64,000 bases of DNA, taken from the NCBI GenBank assembly GCA_023255625.1, contig JAHFLF010000001.1:30255-94254 (forward strand). The letters are read 5' to 3'. Of the stretch, positions 1 through 8,260 are shown piece by piece; positions within the stretch are counted from its first letter, which is position 1, and each line of letters starts with the position of its first letter. Under the pieces are notes generated by a model that made no database searches, had not been told where the DNA came from, and was given only the letters and a program-made list of their open reading frames with translations. A program made the position numbers and the translations under genes. The stretch is from Candidatus Harrisonbacteria bacterium (GTDB lineage: Bacteria > Patescibacteriota > Minisyncoccia > UBA6257 > 1-14-0-10-44-23).

Positions 1-1123
1 CCGTAGAATATTCAGCGTCATTGCAGGTGCGCAGCATTACAGAAAATTTTACATTTTGACTGTGCGATAGACCTGAAACCTCATATGCCATTGATGAACC
101 GGTTGAGCCGAACAAATCCATGATGGTATCAATATGGTCAACATGTTCTACATATTTCAAATTCTCGCCGGTCATAATCTGAAAACAATGCTTTGCATTT
201 TTCGTATGACGAAGCACATTGCCAGACGATGTTTCGGTATGCAGCGCGTCAATCGCTTTCCGAATTGCCTTTCCGCGGAGCTCCTCAAACTGCTGCTGAT
301 ACTGGCGCAAAATTGTATGATCGCCCGTATTAATTTCGGCAAGACGCTTCATATACTCTTCCCGCGTCAGCTGCTCGTTAAACCAACAGTATTTTTTATT
401 ACGCAAATTCGTGCAGCCAAAGCAGTTCGTGCAATTCTTGCAGTCAAATAAAAACCAACTATCAACGCAGTTTTGTGAGTCGGTGCAAAAATTGCAGTTA
501 TACGACTCCTCTACTAAGGTGCACTGGTAACACCGGTCGCTATTTAATAACCAATTTGTGTCTATTGAGTTTTTAGATCTGTCAGGAATGTAACTATACT
601 GAATATCTTCGGATAAAAACGGAATTGAACAATAATAGCAATTTTTTGCCTGCACGCCACTAACTACATACTCACAATTAACACTCTTTGGATCCTTGCC
701 AAGTGCCTGCCGAGGAGCGCGATGCGCAAGGGTATCAAATTGTTCAAAAAATGGTTTTGCGGGCTCATGCTCCTGTGCAAATTGGCCTCCTTCCCATCCG
801 TCACCGTAATAAAATGAATCGTCGTACACAACAAGCGAATTAGAAGGGCTATAAAAACTCAAAATCTGCTCGGAGTGCCCCGGTGCATTGCACTGCCGGC
901 GATAAAAAACGGGCAAAAATGTAGCGCGCCAAGCCATCCGGCGCTGCATCCGGCAGGTCGGGCATAGTGTTGGTGGTGGTACCCGAAACAACTTGTACCA
1001 ATCAATATCGTCCGGCTCAACCGGAAAACTTTTCTGACATTGACGACACACCCGCTCGTGCGGCGTTAACTCGCCAAGAATTTTCTCAATTGCTGCATCA
1101 AATTGTGGTGTTTTTGAGCTCAT
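1..1123 (-). CDS. Cys-rich multi-zinc-ribbon family paralog, 5' part only; the gene runs off the window start. Reads MSSKTPQFDAAIEKILGELTPHERVCRQCQKSFPVEPDDIDWYKLFRVPPPTLCPTCRMQRR...
   Basis: Minus-strand reading frame open from the ATG at ~1121-1123 to position 1. It has the same N-terminal CxxC..(F/W)YKxxxVPPPTxCPxCRxQRR zinc ribbon and the CxxCxxCxGCxNLRNKKYCxxNEQLTxEEY module as the nine full-length paralogs. It is missing from the ORF track because no stop lies inside the window. Confidence 0.7.
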   Translation of the reverse strand, partial: MSSKTPQFDAAIEKILGELTPHERVCRQCQKSFPVEPDDIDWYKLFRVPPPTLCPTCRMQRRMAWRATFLPVFYRRQCNAPGHSEQILSFYSPSNSLVVYDDSFYYGDGWEGGQFAQEHEPAKPFFEQFDTLAHRAPRQALGKDPKSVNCEYVVSGVQAKNCYYCSIPFLSEDIQYSYIPDRSKNSIDTNWLLNSDRCYQCTLVEESYNCNFCTDSQNCVDSWFLFDCKNCTNCFGCTNLRNKKYCWFNEQLTREEYMKRLAEINTGDHTILRQYQQQFEELRGKAIRKAIDALHTETSSGNVLRHTKNAKHCFQIMTGENLKYVEHVDHIDTIMDLFGSTGSSMAYEVSGLSHSQNVKFSVMLRTCNDAEYST

Positions 1124-1126
1124 ACA

Positions 1127-1155
1127 ACTAGTCGCTTATTCGCGCGAATTAGAGA
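1127..1155 (-). promoter_or_regulatory. Operator-like site ACTAGTCGCTTATTCGCGCGAATTAGAGA immediately upstream of the partial paralog start
   Basis: A 26/29 match to the ArsR-promoter palindrome's left arm plus the inner palindrome ATTCGCGCGAAT. It is nearly identical to the 22829..22857 copy. Confidence 0.5.
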
Positions 1156-1162
1156 GTAGTAA

Positions 1163-1230
1163 TTATACGACTTCGGCATTATAGCAAGATTCGCAGTAAA
1201 CCCCGGTACTAGAACCTGCTGGTTCAGTAC
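1163..1230 (-). pseudogene. Remnant 3' end of a family paralog (encodes ...GSSTGVYCESCYNAEVV*). Its codons TGC-TAT-AAT form an extended -10 (TGCTATAAT).
   Basis: The 80-aa ORF at 1163..1405 ends with the family C-terminal signature YCESCYNAEVV but lacks the rest of the protein. It lies between the stop of the 1257..2984 paralog and the operator/start of the partial paralog. Confidence 0.4.
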
Positions 1231-1256
1231 GGGGCAAGTTTTTTCTTAGTTTGTTA

Positions 1257-2984
1257 TTACACAACTTCTGCATTGTAACATTGTTCGCAATATACCATCT
1301 CTCGTCTTCCAGGCGCATAGCTCGTCTCAAACTCGTTTGAGCATCCTGGGCGCATACACTGCCGGTGCCACAACTTCCACGGATTGCGCCACGCCAGACG
1401 AGCATAATGCCGACAGTTCGGACACTGCCGCGGGATAGGCAACTTAGCTCTCTTATAGAATACTAACTCCTGCGGCGTTAAACGAAAAGCTGCGGTGCAC
1501 TGATGCACGCATCCACCTGCCGACGGACCTGCGTGCTCACAGCCGATTGTTTTCTTAAGGATATCGTCGCTAATCAAAGCACTATCATCAGGCAGGTCGG
1601 CTGGCTTTATATCAATATTCGGATGCTTCTCCTCGGGCTCTTGATAGTTATACCCACGCGTAAGTAACTCATCTTTACTGAATGGGTAATACTCCTGTGC
1701 CACGCTACCGTTATACGCAAACGGCGAAAGTTCAATTGGGAAAAATTCACCGTATTTATACACGCGGCCACCCTTTCCTTGATACGGCATCGCGTCCATG
1801 TGTGCAATAATTTTCGGCACCATCTTTTCATACTCCTCCTTCGTATACTGCTTATTCAAAATACAATACTGCTTATTACGAACACCAAAACATCCGAATA
1901 GATTAGAGCTACTCTTGCACCAGCCAGTGTATGTGCAGTCCAAGAGCGCCCCATTAGAGGCAACGGAAAGTTTTAAATTACGATCGGCATCTCCCCCGCT
2001 AATATATTCATAAATAAGTTCTGCGCCGGCAATATTATTTGTGTCCATGCAGTCCTTAAGATTCAGACTGCGTCCCACATAGCGCACATCCTCACTGTCA
2101 AAAACTTCAAAGCAGCTCTTACCATTCTTTATCCCGCTTAGAGCATGACCAGTTGAATTAACTGATTTAATGATATTTGCGTACTTATGCAGTGCGCCCG
2201 TATACAGCTTGATAAAATCTTGCGTAAGCCCCTGGAATGTTTTGTAACTGCCCGTGTTTATTTTGCCCATCTCATCCTGATACTGCTCTTTTGTGAGCTG
2301 CCTACCATAAAAAACGTATTCGCGATTACGCAAGTTCGCCGACATAAAACAGTGCTGGCAGTTTACGCAATCAAAAAGAAATGCTGAATTTAAGGACGAA
2401 CGAACATAGACAGAACAGTAGACATCATAATTGAGTGTTCCAAAGGTGCTCCCATAACATCGTTCGCACTCCATCATATTCAGACAATCAAACACCTGCC
2501 GCGACTTGTCTACATTTTTGCAATAAAATGCCTCCTCGCTTCCGACGATAGAATATGAAAGATAGCAGTCCTTCGCGTCTTTTGTGACATTTGAATACGG
2601 CGAATTAACGGAATTCATGTGCCACAGGTTCGGCTGCGGAACGGCGCGGAGTAGTTCGTCTGCCTGCTCAAAAAATGGCCGGCTAAAATCATAGTCGCGA
2701 CCATAGCTTAGTGCATCCCATGAATCAGAGTAATAACACTCGTGGCAGAACACCGTCAGCTTCCCGTCTCCGGGATATACCGAAAAAATGCTTTTCTTGC
2801 AATTACCGCAAGCCGCCTTATATAGTGTCCGCTCATTTCGCCACGCGTACCGCCGCATGAGCCGACACTCCGGACACCAAGTTGGCGGCGGGACGTCAAT
2901 TTTCTTGTAAAAATCAAAATCCGAAGCGTCTATAATAAAAGATTCCTTGCAGTTCTGGCAGACCTTTGTTTCAGTAGAAGCCAT
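1257..2984 (-). CDS. Cys-rich multi-zinc-ribbon family protein (575 aa)
   Basis: ORF track. N-terminus MASTETKVCQNCKESF..FYKKIDVPPPTWCPECR, C-terminus ...LWHRQCMRPGCSNEFETSYAPGRREMVYCEQCYNAEVV. Internal NLRNREYVF..LTKEQY and CILNKQYTKEEYE repeats. Confidence 0.85.
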   Translation of the reverse strand: MASTETKVCQNCKESFIIDASDFDFYKKIDVPPPTWCPECRLMRRYAWRNERTLYKAACGNCKKSIFSVYPGDGKLTVFCHECYYSDSWDALSYGRDYDFSRPFFEQADELLRAVPQPNLWHMNSVNSPYSNVTKDAKDCYLSYSIVGSEEAFYCKNVDKSRQVFDCLNMMECERCYGSTFGTLNYDVYCSVYVRSSLNSAFLFDCVNCQHCFMSANLRNREYVFYGRQLTKEQYQDEMGKINTGSYKTFQGLTQDFIKLYTGALHKYANIIKSVNSTGHALSGIKNGKSCFEVFDSEDVRYVGRSLNLKDCMDTNNIAGAELIYEYISGGDADRNLKLSVASNGALLDCTYTGWCKSSSNLFGCFGVRNKQYCILNKQYTKEEYEKMVPKIIAHMDAMPYQGKGGRVYKYGEFFPIELSPFAYNGSVAQEYYPFSKDELLTRGYNYQEPEEKHPNIDIKPADLPDDSALISDDILKKTIGCEHAGPSAGGCVHQCTAAFRLTPQELVFYKRAKLPIPRQCPNCRHYARLAWRNPWKLWHRQCMRPGCSNEFETSYAPGRREMVYCEQCYNAEVV

Positions 2985-2989
2985 AGATA

Positions 2990-3095
2990 GTTAGAGTATA
3001 GAGCGGAGCCCCGCACCGTGCCAGCAGGCTCTGGTGCGTGGGAGCCGGTTCAACTCCGACGCCCAGTAGGGGTCGGAGCCCCGACCGGAGCGTCG
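2990..3095 (-). repeat. GC-rich structured 5'-leader element (copy 1) upstream of paralog 1257..2984
   Basis: ~105-nt GC-rich block with three hairpins (for example CCCCGAC-N6-GTCGGGG). Embedded in a ~200-bp block identical to 4797..4996. Confidence 0.6.
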
Positions 3096-3136
3096 GGGTC
3101 GTGAAATTCTGTTTGCAGTTCTGACAATTTTTAGTT
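3093..3136 (-). pseudogene. Remnant paralog N-terminus (MEAETKNCQNCKQNF) upstream of the GC-rich leader element
   Basis: An ATG plus family CQNCKxxF codons directly flank the element. The frame reads through the element to a stop just past the real ATG. The analogous remnant MMRDTRACQNCKQDF lies at ~4996..5034. Confidence 0.35.
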
Positions 3137-3194
3137 TCAGCTTCCATATTTTTTACTACATTATGACATTAGCAATAATGTCATAATGTTGTTA

Positions 3195-4862
3195 CTAAAG
3201 CATCTCCTTTTGATAACACGCTTCGCAATAAATCTTATACTCTTTTTGCTGCTGCGGCGAATACGAAGTCTCAAAATTGGCGGAGCAGTTCGCGCACGCC
3301 CCTGGCCAAAGCTCTCGGCGGTTACGCATATTCATACGACGCTGATGACGACAATTAAAACATTGCTTAGGAAGGGCTACGCCAAGTCGCCTGTACACTG
3401 AAATCTCGTGTGCGATAAATTTATAGTTCCTGCCACACTCTGTACATTTGAGAACATGCTTTAATAATTCATCGGAATACTCTGAGGGAATCTGGGGCAG
3501 ATCCTCGTGGCTGATGGTTTCTTTACCAACAGTACTTGGAATGTCATCCTGCCAACGAAAACCTTGAGCAAGCGCCTCCTCTTTAGTCAGGGGCATATAT
3601 TCGTTGACAATCGCTTCATTATAGGCAAACGGCGAAAGTGAGGCGGGAAAAAATTGCCCCCATTCCCCTGTTTTTCTCATGTGTCCGACAATTTCAGGGA
3701 CCAGTTCTTCGTACTGCTCTTTAGTGTACTGCTTATTTAAAATACAATATTCCGCATTACGCATCCCGGCACACCCGAATAAATTTTTAGAAGCGAAAAT
3801 GAAATCTGAATAGTAAATATCGTGTGAGGCATGACAATAGTGATTGCCGATGATATGACTACTCGCCCCAATCGCCGTCACTATCTCATAGGATTGATCG
3901 GGTTCAAGCGAGAAAGAGGCGTCATATACCTGCACCGCCCGCCGGCCCGTGAATACAAACTTTGAGTCCTCGCCTGCACGCAGATCAAAACAATACTGTA
4001 AATTTTTACCATTATAGATATGATTGCCGGAAACTTCGGTATTGTGACTACCAAAGTAATGATGCTGCGGTAATTCTCTCCGAAGTTTCAACTGCTCGGC
4101 TAAAATCATTTTAATCGTCTCCGGATCATGCAGCGGATGCTCCTTCAGGAACTGCTCGTACTGCTCTTTAGTTACCTGCTGATTGAAAATATGGTAACTC
4201 TTCTGGATAAGACCGACGCATCCAATAGAATTACTCACGCTGCGACAGTCATACAAACCAATACTGTCGTTGCAGTTTTCGCACTCCTCTGAGTACAAAA
4301 TCTGGTAACAATTTACGCAATCAACGCACTCATAGCATGAGTCTGATTTATGAACATAGAGGCCATCAACACAATTTTTTGAGTCCCAGACTATATGGCC
4401 ATATGAGCAGTCTTCGCTTTCAGGACAACCAAAAACTAAGTAACAATTTTTGCTGTTGAGAATAAAATTTGAATACTCGCATCCCTGACAGTTAACAGCA
4501 TTGGTTGCAAAACGCGGCACAACCTTCAGTAGGTCATTGAATTGATCAAAAAATGGGCGGTTAAAATCAAAATCGCGGCCATACGATTTAGAATCCCAGC
4601 CATCACTCCACCATTCGTCGTTCGCATAAATCGCGTAGGGTGATTTTGGATGATACATTGAGACCACCATCTTGCCCGACTTATCCGACGGCCTCTTATA
4701 TAATGTCTTAAAATTCCGGAAAAGCATCCGCCTTTGATTACGACACTGCGGACACCAGGTCGGCGGCGGTACCGCCATTTTTTTGTAGAACTCAAAGTCC
4801 GAAGCGTCTATAACAAAAGATTCCTTGCAGTTCTGGCAGACCTTTGTTTCAGTAGAAGCCAT
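3195..4862 (-). CDS. Cys-rich multi-zinc-ribbon family protein (555 aa)
   Basis: ORF track. The N-terminal 15 aa are identical to the 1257..2984 paralog, and ~200 nt of DNA (5' leader plus start) are identical. Confidence 0.85.
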   Translation of the reverse strand: MASTETKVCQNCKESFVIDASDFEFYKKMAVPPPTWCPQCRNQRRMLFRNFKTLYKRPSDKSGKMVVSMYHPKSPYAIYANDEWWSDGWDSKSYGRDFDFNRPFFDQFNDLLKVVPRFATNAVNCQGCEYSNFILNSKNCYLVFGCPESEDCSYGHIVWDSKNCVDGLYVHKSDSCYECVDCVNCYQILYSEECENCNDSIGLYDCRSVSNSIGCVGLIQKSYHIFNQQVTKEQYEQFLKEHPLHDPETIKMILAEQLKLRRELPQHHYFGSHNTEVSGNHIYNGKNLQYCFDLRAGEDSKFVFTGRRAVQVYDASFSLEPDQSYEIVTAIGASSHIIGNHYCHASHDIYYSDFIFASKNLFGCAGMRNAEYCILNKQYTKEQYEELVPEIVGHMRKTGEWGQFFPASLSPFAYNEAIVNEYMPLTKEEALAQGFRWQDDIPSTVGKETISHEDLPQIPSEYSDELLKHVLKCTECGRNYKFIAHEISVYRRLGVALPKQCFNCRHQRRMNMRNRRELWPGACANCSANFETSYSPQQQKEYKIYCEACYQKEML

Positions 4863-4867
4863 AGATA

Positions 4868-4973
4868 GTTAGAGTATAGAGCGGAGCCCCGCACCGTGCC
4901 AGCAGGCTCTGGTGCGTGGGAGCCGGTTCAACTCCGACGCCCAGTAGGGGTCGGAGCCCCGACCGGAGCGTCG
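4868..4973 (-). repeat. GC-rich structured 5'-leader element (copy 2) upstream of paralog 3195..4862
   Basis: Identical to copy 1. Confidence 0.6.
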
Positions 4974-5078
4974 GGGTCGTGAAATCCTGTTTACAGTTTT
5001 GGCACGCTCGTGTATCGCGCATCATGTATCGTATATCGTAATGCTTCTATCCCCACGTTACAAGTTATACGTTATGCG

Positions 5079-6782
5079 CTACACGACTTCGGCGTTATAG
5101 CAGGCTTCACAATATATTTTTTCTTTGCGCTCTGGCGCATACGGCGTTTCAAATTCGTTTACACAACCCTGCTTCATACACCTCCGGTGCCAGAGTTTAC
5201 GGGGCGGACGCAGGCCAATGCGGCGCAGGTAGCGGCACTCCGGGCAGAGACGCGGGATTGGCAAATTCAGACGACGAAGCAGCTGCAATTCGGGCACAAC
5301 AATATTGTAATTCTTGGCACACTTTGTGCAGGTCAGCGCCTCTTTGGTAATCGTCTCCGGCGCGTCTTTAATATCATCAGGCAATTCAGACATCACGAGC
5401 GTCCCCTTGCCAAAGGTGCCAGGCACGAGCTCTTCCCACTTGAATCCCTTAGTCATCGCCTCCTCTTTGGTCATTGGCATATAAATCTGACCCTGCGTCT
5501 CATTGTAGCCAAATGGCGAAAGCTGCACCGGGAAAAACTCGCCGTATTCACCAGCTGTGCGCATATGGGCGATAATTTTTGCACGCAGTTCTTTATACTC
5601 CTCTGGTGTATATTGTTTATTAAAAATACAGTATTTTTTCTTTCGCATGCCAACGCAACCAAACAAATTTTCACTATTGTGGCAGCTGTCGCAGTACGAA
5701 ATAAAGGCATTGTCGTAACTCAAATGAGTGAAAAAGGTATTGTTATCGCGCACGAGCGCATGGCACTCGTAAATCAATGAACAACTGAATCCAAAGTGAT
5801 ACGAATCCATTGAATCTTTAACATCCGGGCAGACAAGGCAGTAGGTTGAGTCCTCGGTCTTTTCGGCATCAAATACATGGCGACAATTTTTTGAGGACGA
5901 AATTTCGTTGCCCGAGACCTGGACCGAGCGGTCAATAACGGCAAATTTGTGAATCGCCTTCTCGCGCATGATTTCAAGAAACTGATTGTACAACTGTTGT
6001 CGCGCCTCATGCGAACCTAGTTTTCCGCCGGAGGCGGATCCGCCTTGGGCGGAAAATTCAGCAACCCGTTTCTCGTAGGCCTCTTTTGATAATTGCTCGT
6101 TAAGAAATACATACTGCTTGTTGCGCAGATTCACGGAAAGAAAACAATTTGACGCGCCGCGGCAGTCATAACAGTAGCTGCAATTAGTACAATCGCGCAG
6201 CAGAATACTATACTGACAGTTGTAACACTTAGAACAGTTAATACTCTCGTACATCAGATCATTGCCCTGCGAAAGCCAGTAACAATCAGCCGAGTCGCGG
6301 GCTCCATTAAAAGTATTGGTTGAATACAATACATTCTCTGACTCAAATAATCCGAAGCAGAGATAACAATTTTTATTGTCGCTTGAATGATTTGTATACT
6401 CTGAATTAACACTATTTTTTGAAAGGAGCGCGATACGCGGAACCTCTAGCTGCATCTCCTGCCACTGCGGGAAAAATGGTCGCGAAAAATCAAAATCACG
6501 CGCATAACTCGTCGCGTCCCACCCATCACCCCACCAACAGTTTGGACAGTACACCTTAAACGGCTTGTTCGGCGAATAAATCGTGACAATACTCTTTTGA
6601 CACAAATCACAATTACGACGGTAGAGCACTCGCTCATTTCGCCAGGCATAGCGACGACGCTGACGACAATCCGGGCAGTGCGTCGGCGGCGGAACATTAA
6701 TCTTTTTGTAAAAATCAAAGTCTGCCGGTTCAATTTGGAAATTCTGTTTACAATTTTGGCAGACTTTTATTTCTGAATTCAT
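5079..6782 (-). CDS. Cys-rich multi-zinc-ribbon family protein (567 aa, about 36 Cys)
   Basis: ORF track. Family N- and C-terminal motifs (..YCEACYNAEVV). The start lies 5 nt downstream of the murB stop, so co-transcription is likely. Confidence 0.85.
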   Translation of the reverse strand: MNSEIKVCQNCKQNFQIEPADFDFYKKINVPPPTHCPDCRQRRRYAWRNERVLYRRNCDLCQKSIVTIYSPNKPFKVYCPNCWWGDGWDATSYARDFDFSRPFFPQWQEMQLEVPRIALLSKNSVNSEYTNHSSDNKNCYLCFGLFESENVLYSTNTFNGARDSADCYWLSQGNDLMYESINCSKCYNCQYSILLRDCTNCSYCYDCRGASNCFLSVNLRNKQYVFLNEQLSKEAYEKRVAEFSAQGGSASGGKLGSHEARQQLYNQFLEIMREKAIHKFAVIDRSVQVSGNEISSSKNCRHVFDAEKTEDSTYCLVCPDVKDSMDSYHFGFSCSLIYECHALVRDNNTFFTHLSYDNAFISYCDSCHNSENLFGCVGMRKKKYCIFNKQYTPEEYKELRAKIIAHMRTAGEYGEFFPVQLSPFGYNETQGQIYMPMTKEEAMTKGFKWEELVPGTFGKGTLVMSELPDDIKDAPETITKEALTCTKCAKNYNIVVPELQLLRRLNLPIPRLCPECRYLRRIGLRPPRKLWHRRCMKQGCVNEFETPYAPERKEKIYCEACYNAEVV

Positions 6783-6787
6783 ACTCG

Positions 6788-7729
6788 TTATTCAACAAAA
6801 ATAACCTCCTGCTCCAATTCCACTCCAAATTTTTCGCGAAGTGCCTCTTTCACATGCGCCATTACTGCTTTCACATCTACGGCCGTTGCCTGACCCATGT
6901 TCACGATAAAATTCGGATGCTTTGGCGAGACCATAGCATCACCGATCCGAAATCCTTTAAGACCAGCGGCGCTTGAAAGTGCGGCAACCGGCACCACCGG
7001 AAAAGGATCATTTTTTATCATGGCGCGAAACTCATCCAGCGTCTGCTTCGAGACCTTATCAATCCGAATATTTTTGAAAATACTACCAATATTCGGGTAT
7101 TCAAGTGGCTGCCGCGCAATTCGATAATTGACACGATCTGTAATCGTACTCTCTATCTCTGCCCGCAAGCCGGGCCGTAGCTGAAATTTTGCACCAATAA
7201 TAACCTCTTTAACGCCCTGCTGCTCCTGTTCTTTAAAAATACTGGTTCGATAATCGAATTCGCACTTAGCCCGATTTCTGACTTTTGTCTCTAAAGTTTC
7301 TAGTGCTAAACTGGTTACCTCGACAACCGTATCTTTTGTCTCTCCGCCAAATGCTCCGGCATTACCCCAGATAGCTCCGCCAATCGTCCCGGGTAGTCCG
7401 CCCGCCCACTCCCAACCAGAGAGAGATTGCAGTAAAGTAAAGCGCAGCAAATCACTCACGAGTGCCCCGGCACCGATAGTTAAAACATGTTTTTCATCAA
7501 GCCCGCTCCCAGCAATGGAAATTTTAATCACAGCTCCACTAAAGCCCGCATCACTGATCAATAAATTATTGCCGCCGCCCAAAATAAAAATCCGCTCCTG
7601 GAGCTGTTTCGCCCGCGCTAGAGCATCGACTAATTCATCCTTGGTTTTAACCTCAACAAATAGCTTGGCGGGCCCGCCGATTTTATAGTTACTATACTGC
7701 GCCAACGGGATATTTTGTTGAAAAATCAT
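6788..7729 (-). CDS. murB: UDP-N-acetylenolpyruvoylglucosamine reductase
   Basis: 313 aa with FAD-binding motifs ILGGGNNLL and GLPGTIGGAIWGNAGAFG typical of MurB. Confidence 0.8.
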   Translation of the reverse strand: MIFQQNIPLAQYSNYKIGGPAKLFVEVKTKDELVDALARAKQLQERIFILGGGNNLLISDAGFSGAVIKISIAGSGLDEKHVLTIGAGALVSDLLRFTLLQSLSGWEWAGGLPGTIGGAIWGNAGAFGGETKDTVVEVTSLALETLETKVRNRAKCEFDYRTSIFKEQEQQGVKEVIIGAKFQLRPGLRAEIESTITDRVNYRIARQPLEYPNIGSIFKNIRIDKVSKQTLDEFRAMIKNDPFPVVPVAALSSAAGLKGFRIGDAMVSPKHPNFIVNMGQATAVDVKAVMAHVKEALREKFGVELEQEVIFVE

Positions 7730-7879
7730 GTGATGATAATGATAGCGCCAATCATCTAGCCAGACAAATCCGCTATGCTATAATGGCTCGTATAAGTTTG
7801 TTGGGTTTGAGGGGTCATCGTTGACGTATACTCATTCAATACAAGTTGCATTTGAGTCGTATCCGATGGCCCCTCCAAC

Positions 7880-7925
7880 TCCGTAAAAACAAAAAACCCG
7901 ATCCGCCAACTGGCAGATACGGGCC
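7880..7925 (-). terminator. Stem-loop followed by TTTTTTGTTTTT on the minus strand (terminator of a transcript running from the lepA / hairpin-element region)
   Basis: Minus strand cccgtatctgccagttggcggatcgggttttttgttttt. Confidence 0.4.
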
Positions 7926-8049
7926 CTTTGTACAAGTTGCATTTGCGAGCAAGGCCTAGTTTAAAGTAGTCTTGCTCTTCCACTCATTCTGCAGGGAGTA
8001 TAGCAGAGTTGATGCAGTCTGTCAAGCAAATTTGATAGCAAATGTGGTG

Positions 8050-8125
8050 GGGCGCAGGGTTTATGTTTTGCGGCCATCCCGTAGGGTGAGCCCGGCCGCA
8101 AAACATAAACCCTGATCCCGCTTGT
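8050..8125. repeat. Long hairpin element (21-bp perfect stem cagggtttatgttttgcggcc / ggccgcaaaacataaaccctg, loop atcccgtagggtgagccc)
   Basis: Read from the sequence. The loop is shared, inverted and with one mismatch, with the 44797..44860 hairpin. Confidence 0.65.
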
Positions 8126-8129
8126 AAAC

Positions 8130-8260
8130 TTGTAAATAGCCCACACGGTGCTGTGCAGATCGGCACCGGCTATCTGCGCGTGGTCGCGCAGCGCCTGCTC
8201 TCGGCCCCTTTGGGCCTGCGAGAGTGCCGCCTAGCACAGCACCGTGTGGGCTATTTCTTC
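8130..8260. repeat. Nested palindromic element, copy 1 (outer arms aaatagcccacacggtgctgtgc / gcacagcaccgtgtgggctattt; conserved core GGCACCGGCTATCT..GCGCCTGCTCTCGGCC..GGCCTGCGAGAGTGCCGCCTAGC)
   Basis: The core is shared with 50110..50260. It overlaps the 3' end of lepA. Confidence 0.6.

Noticed and set aside
134-451. Plus-strand ORF (105 aa) and many other 60-250-aa ORFs antisense to the Cys-rich paralogs and housekeeping genes (for example 5010..5780, 45716..46261, 36472..37041)
   Set aside because: They fully overlap long, motif-bearing minus-strand genes. They have no domains and have composition typical of antisense frames. They are treated as spurious.
3030-3075. tRNA-like GGTTCAACTCC segment inside the GC-rich leader element
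   Set aside because: No acceptor stem partner, D-arm or anticodon arm can be formed on either strand. It is only a T-loop look-alike.
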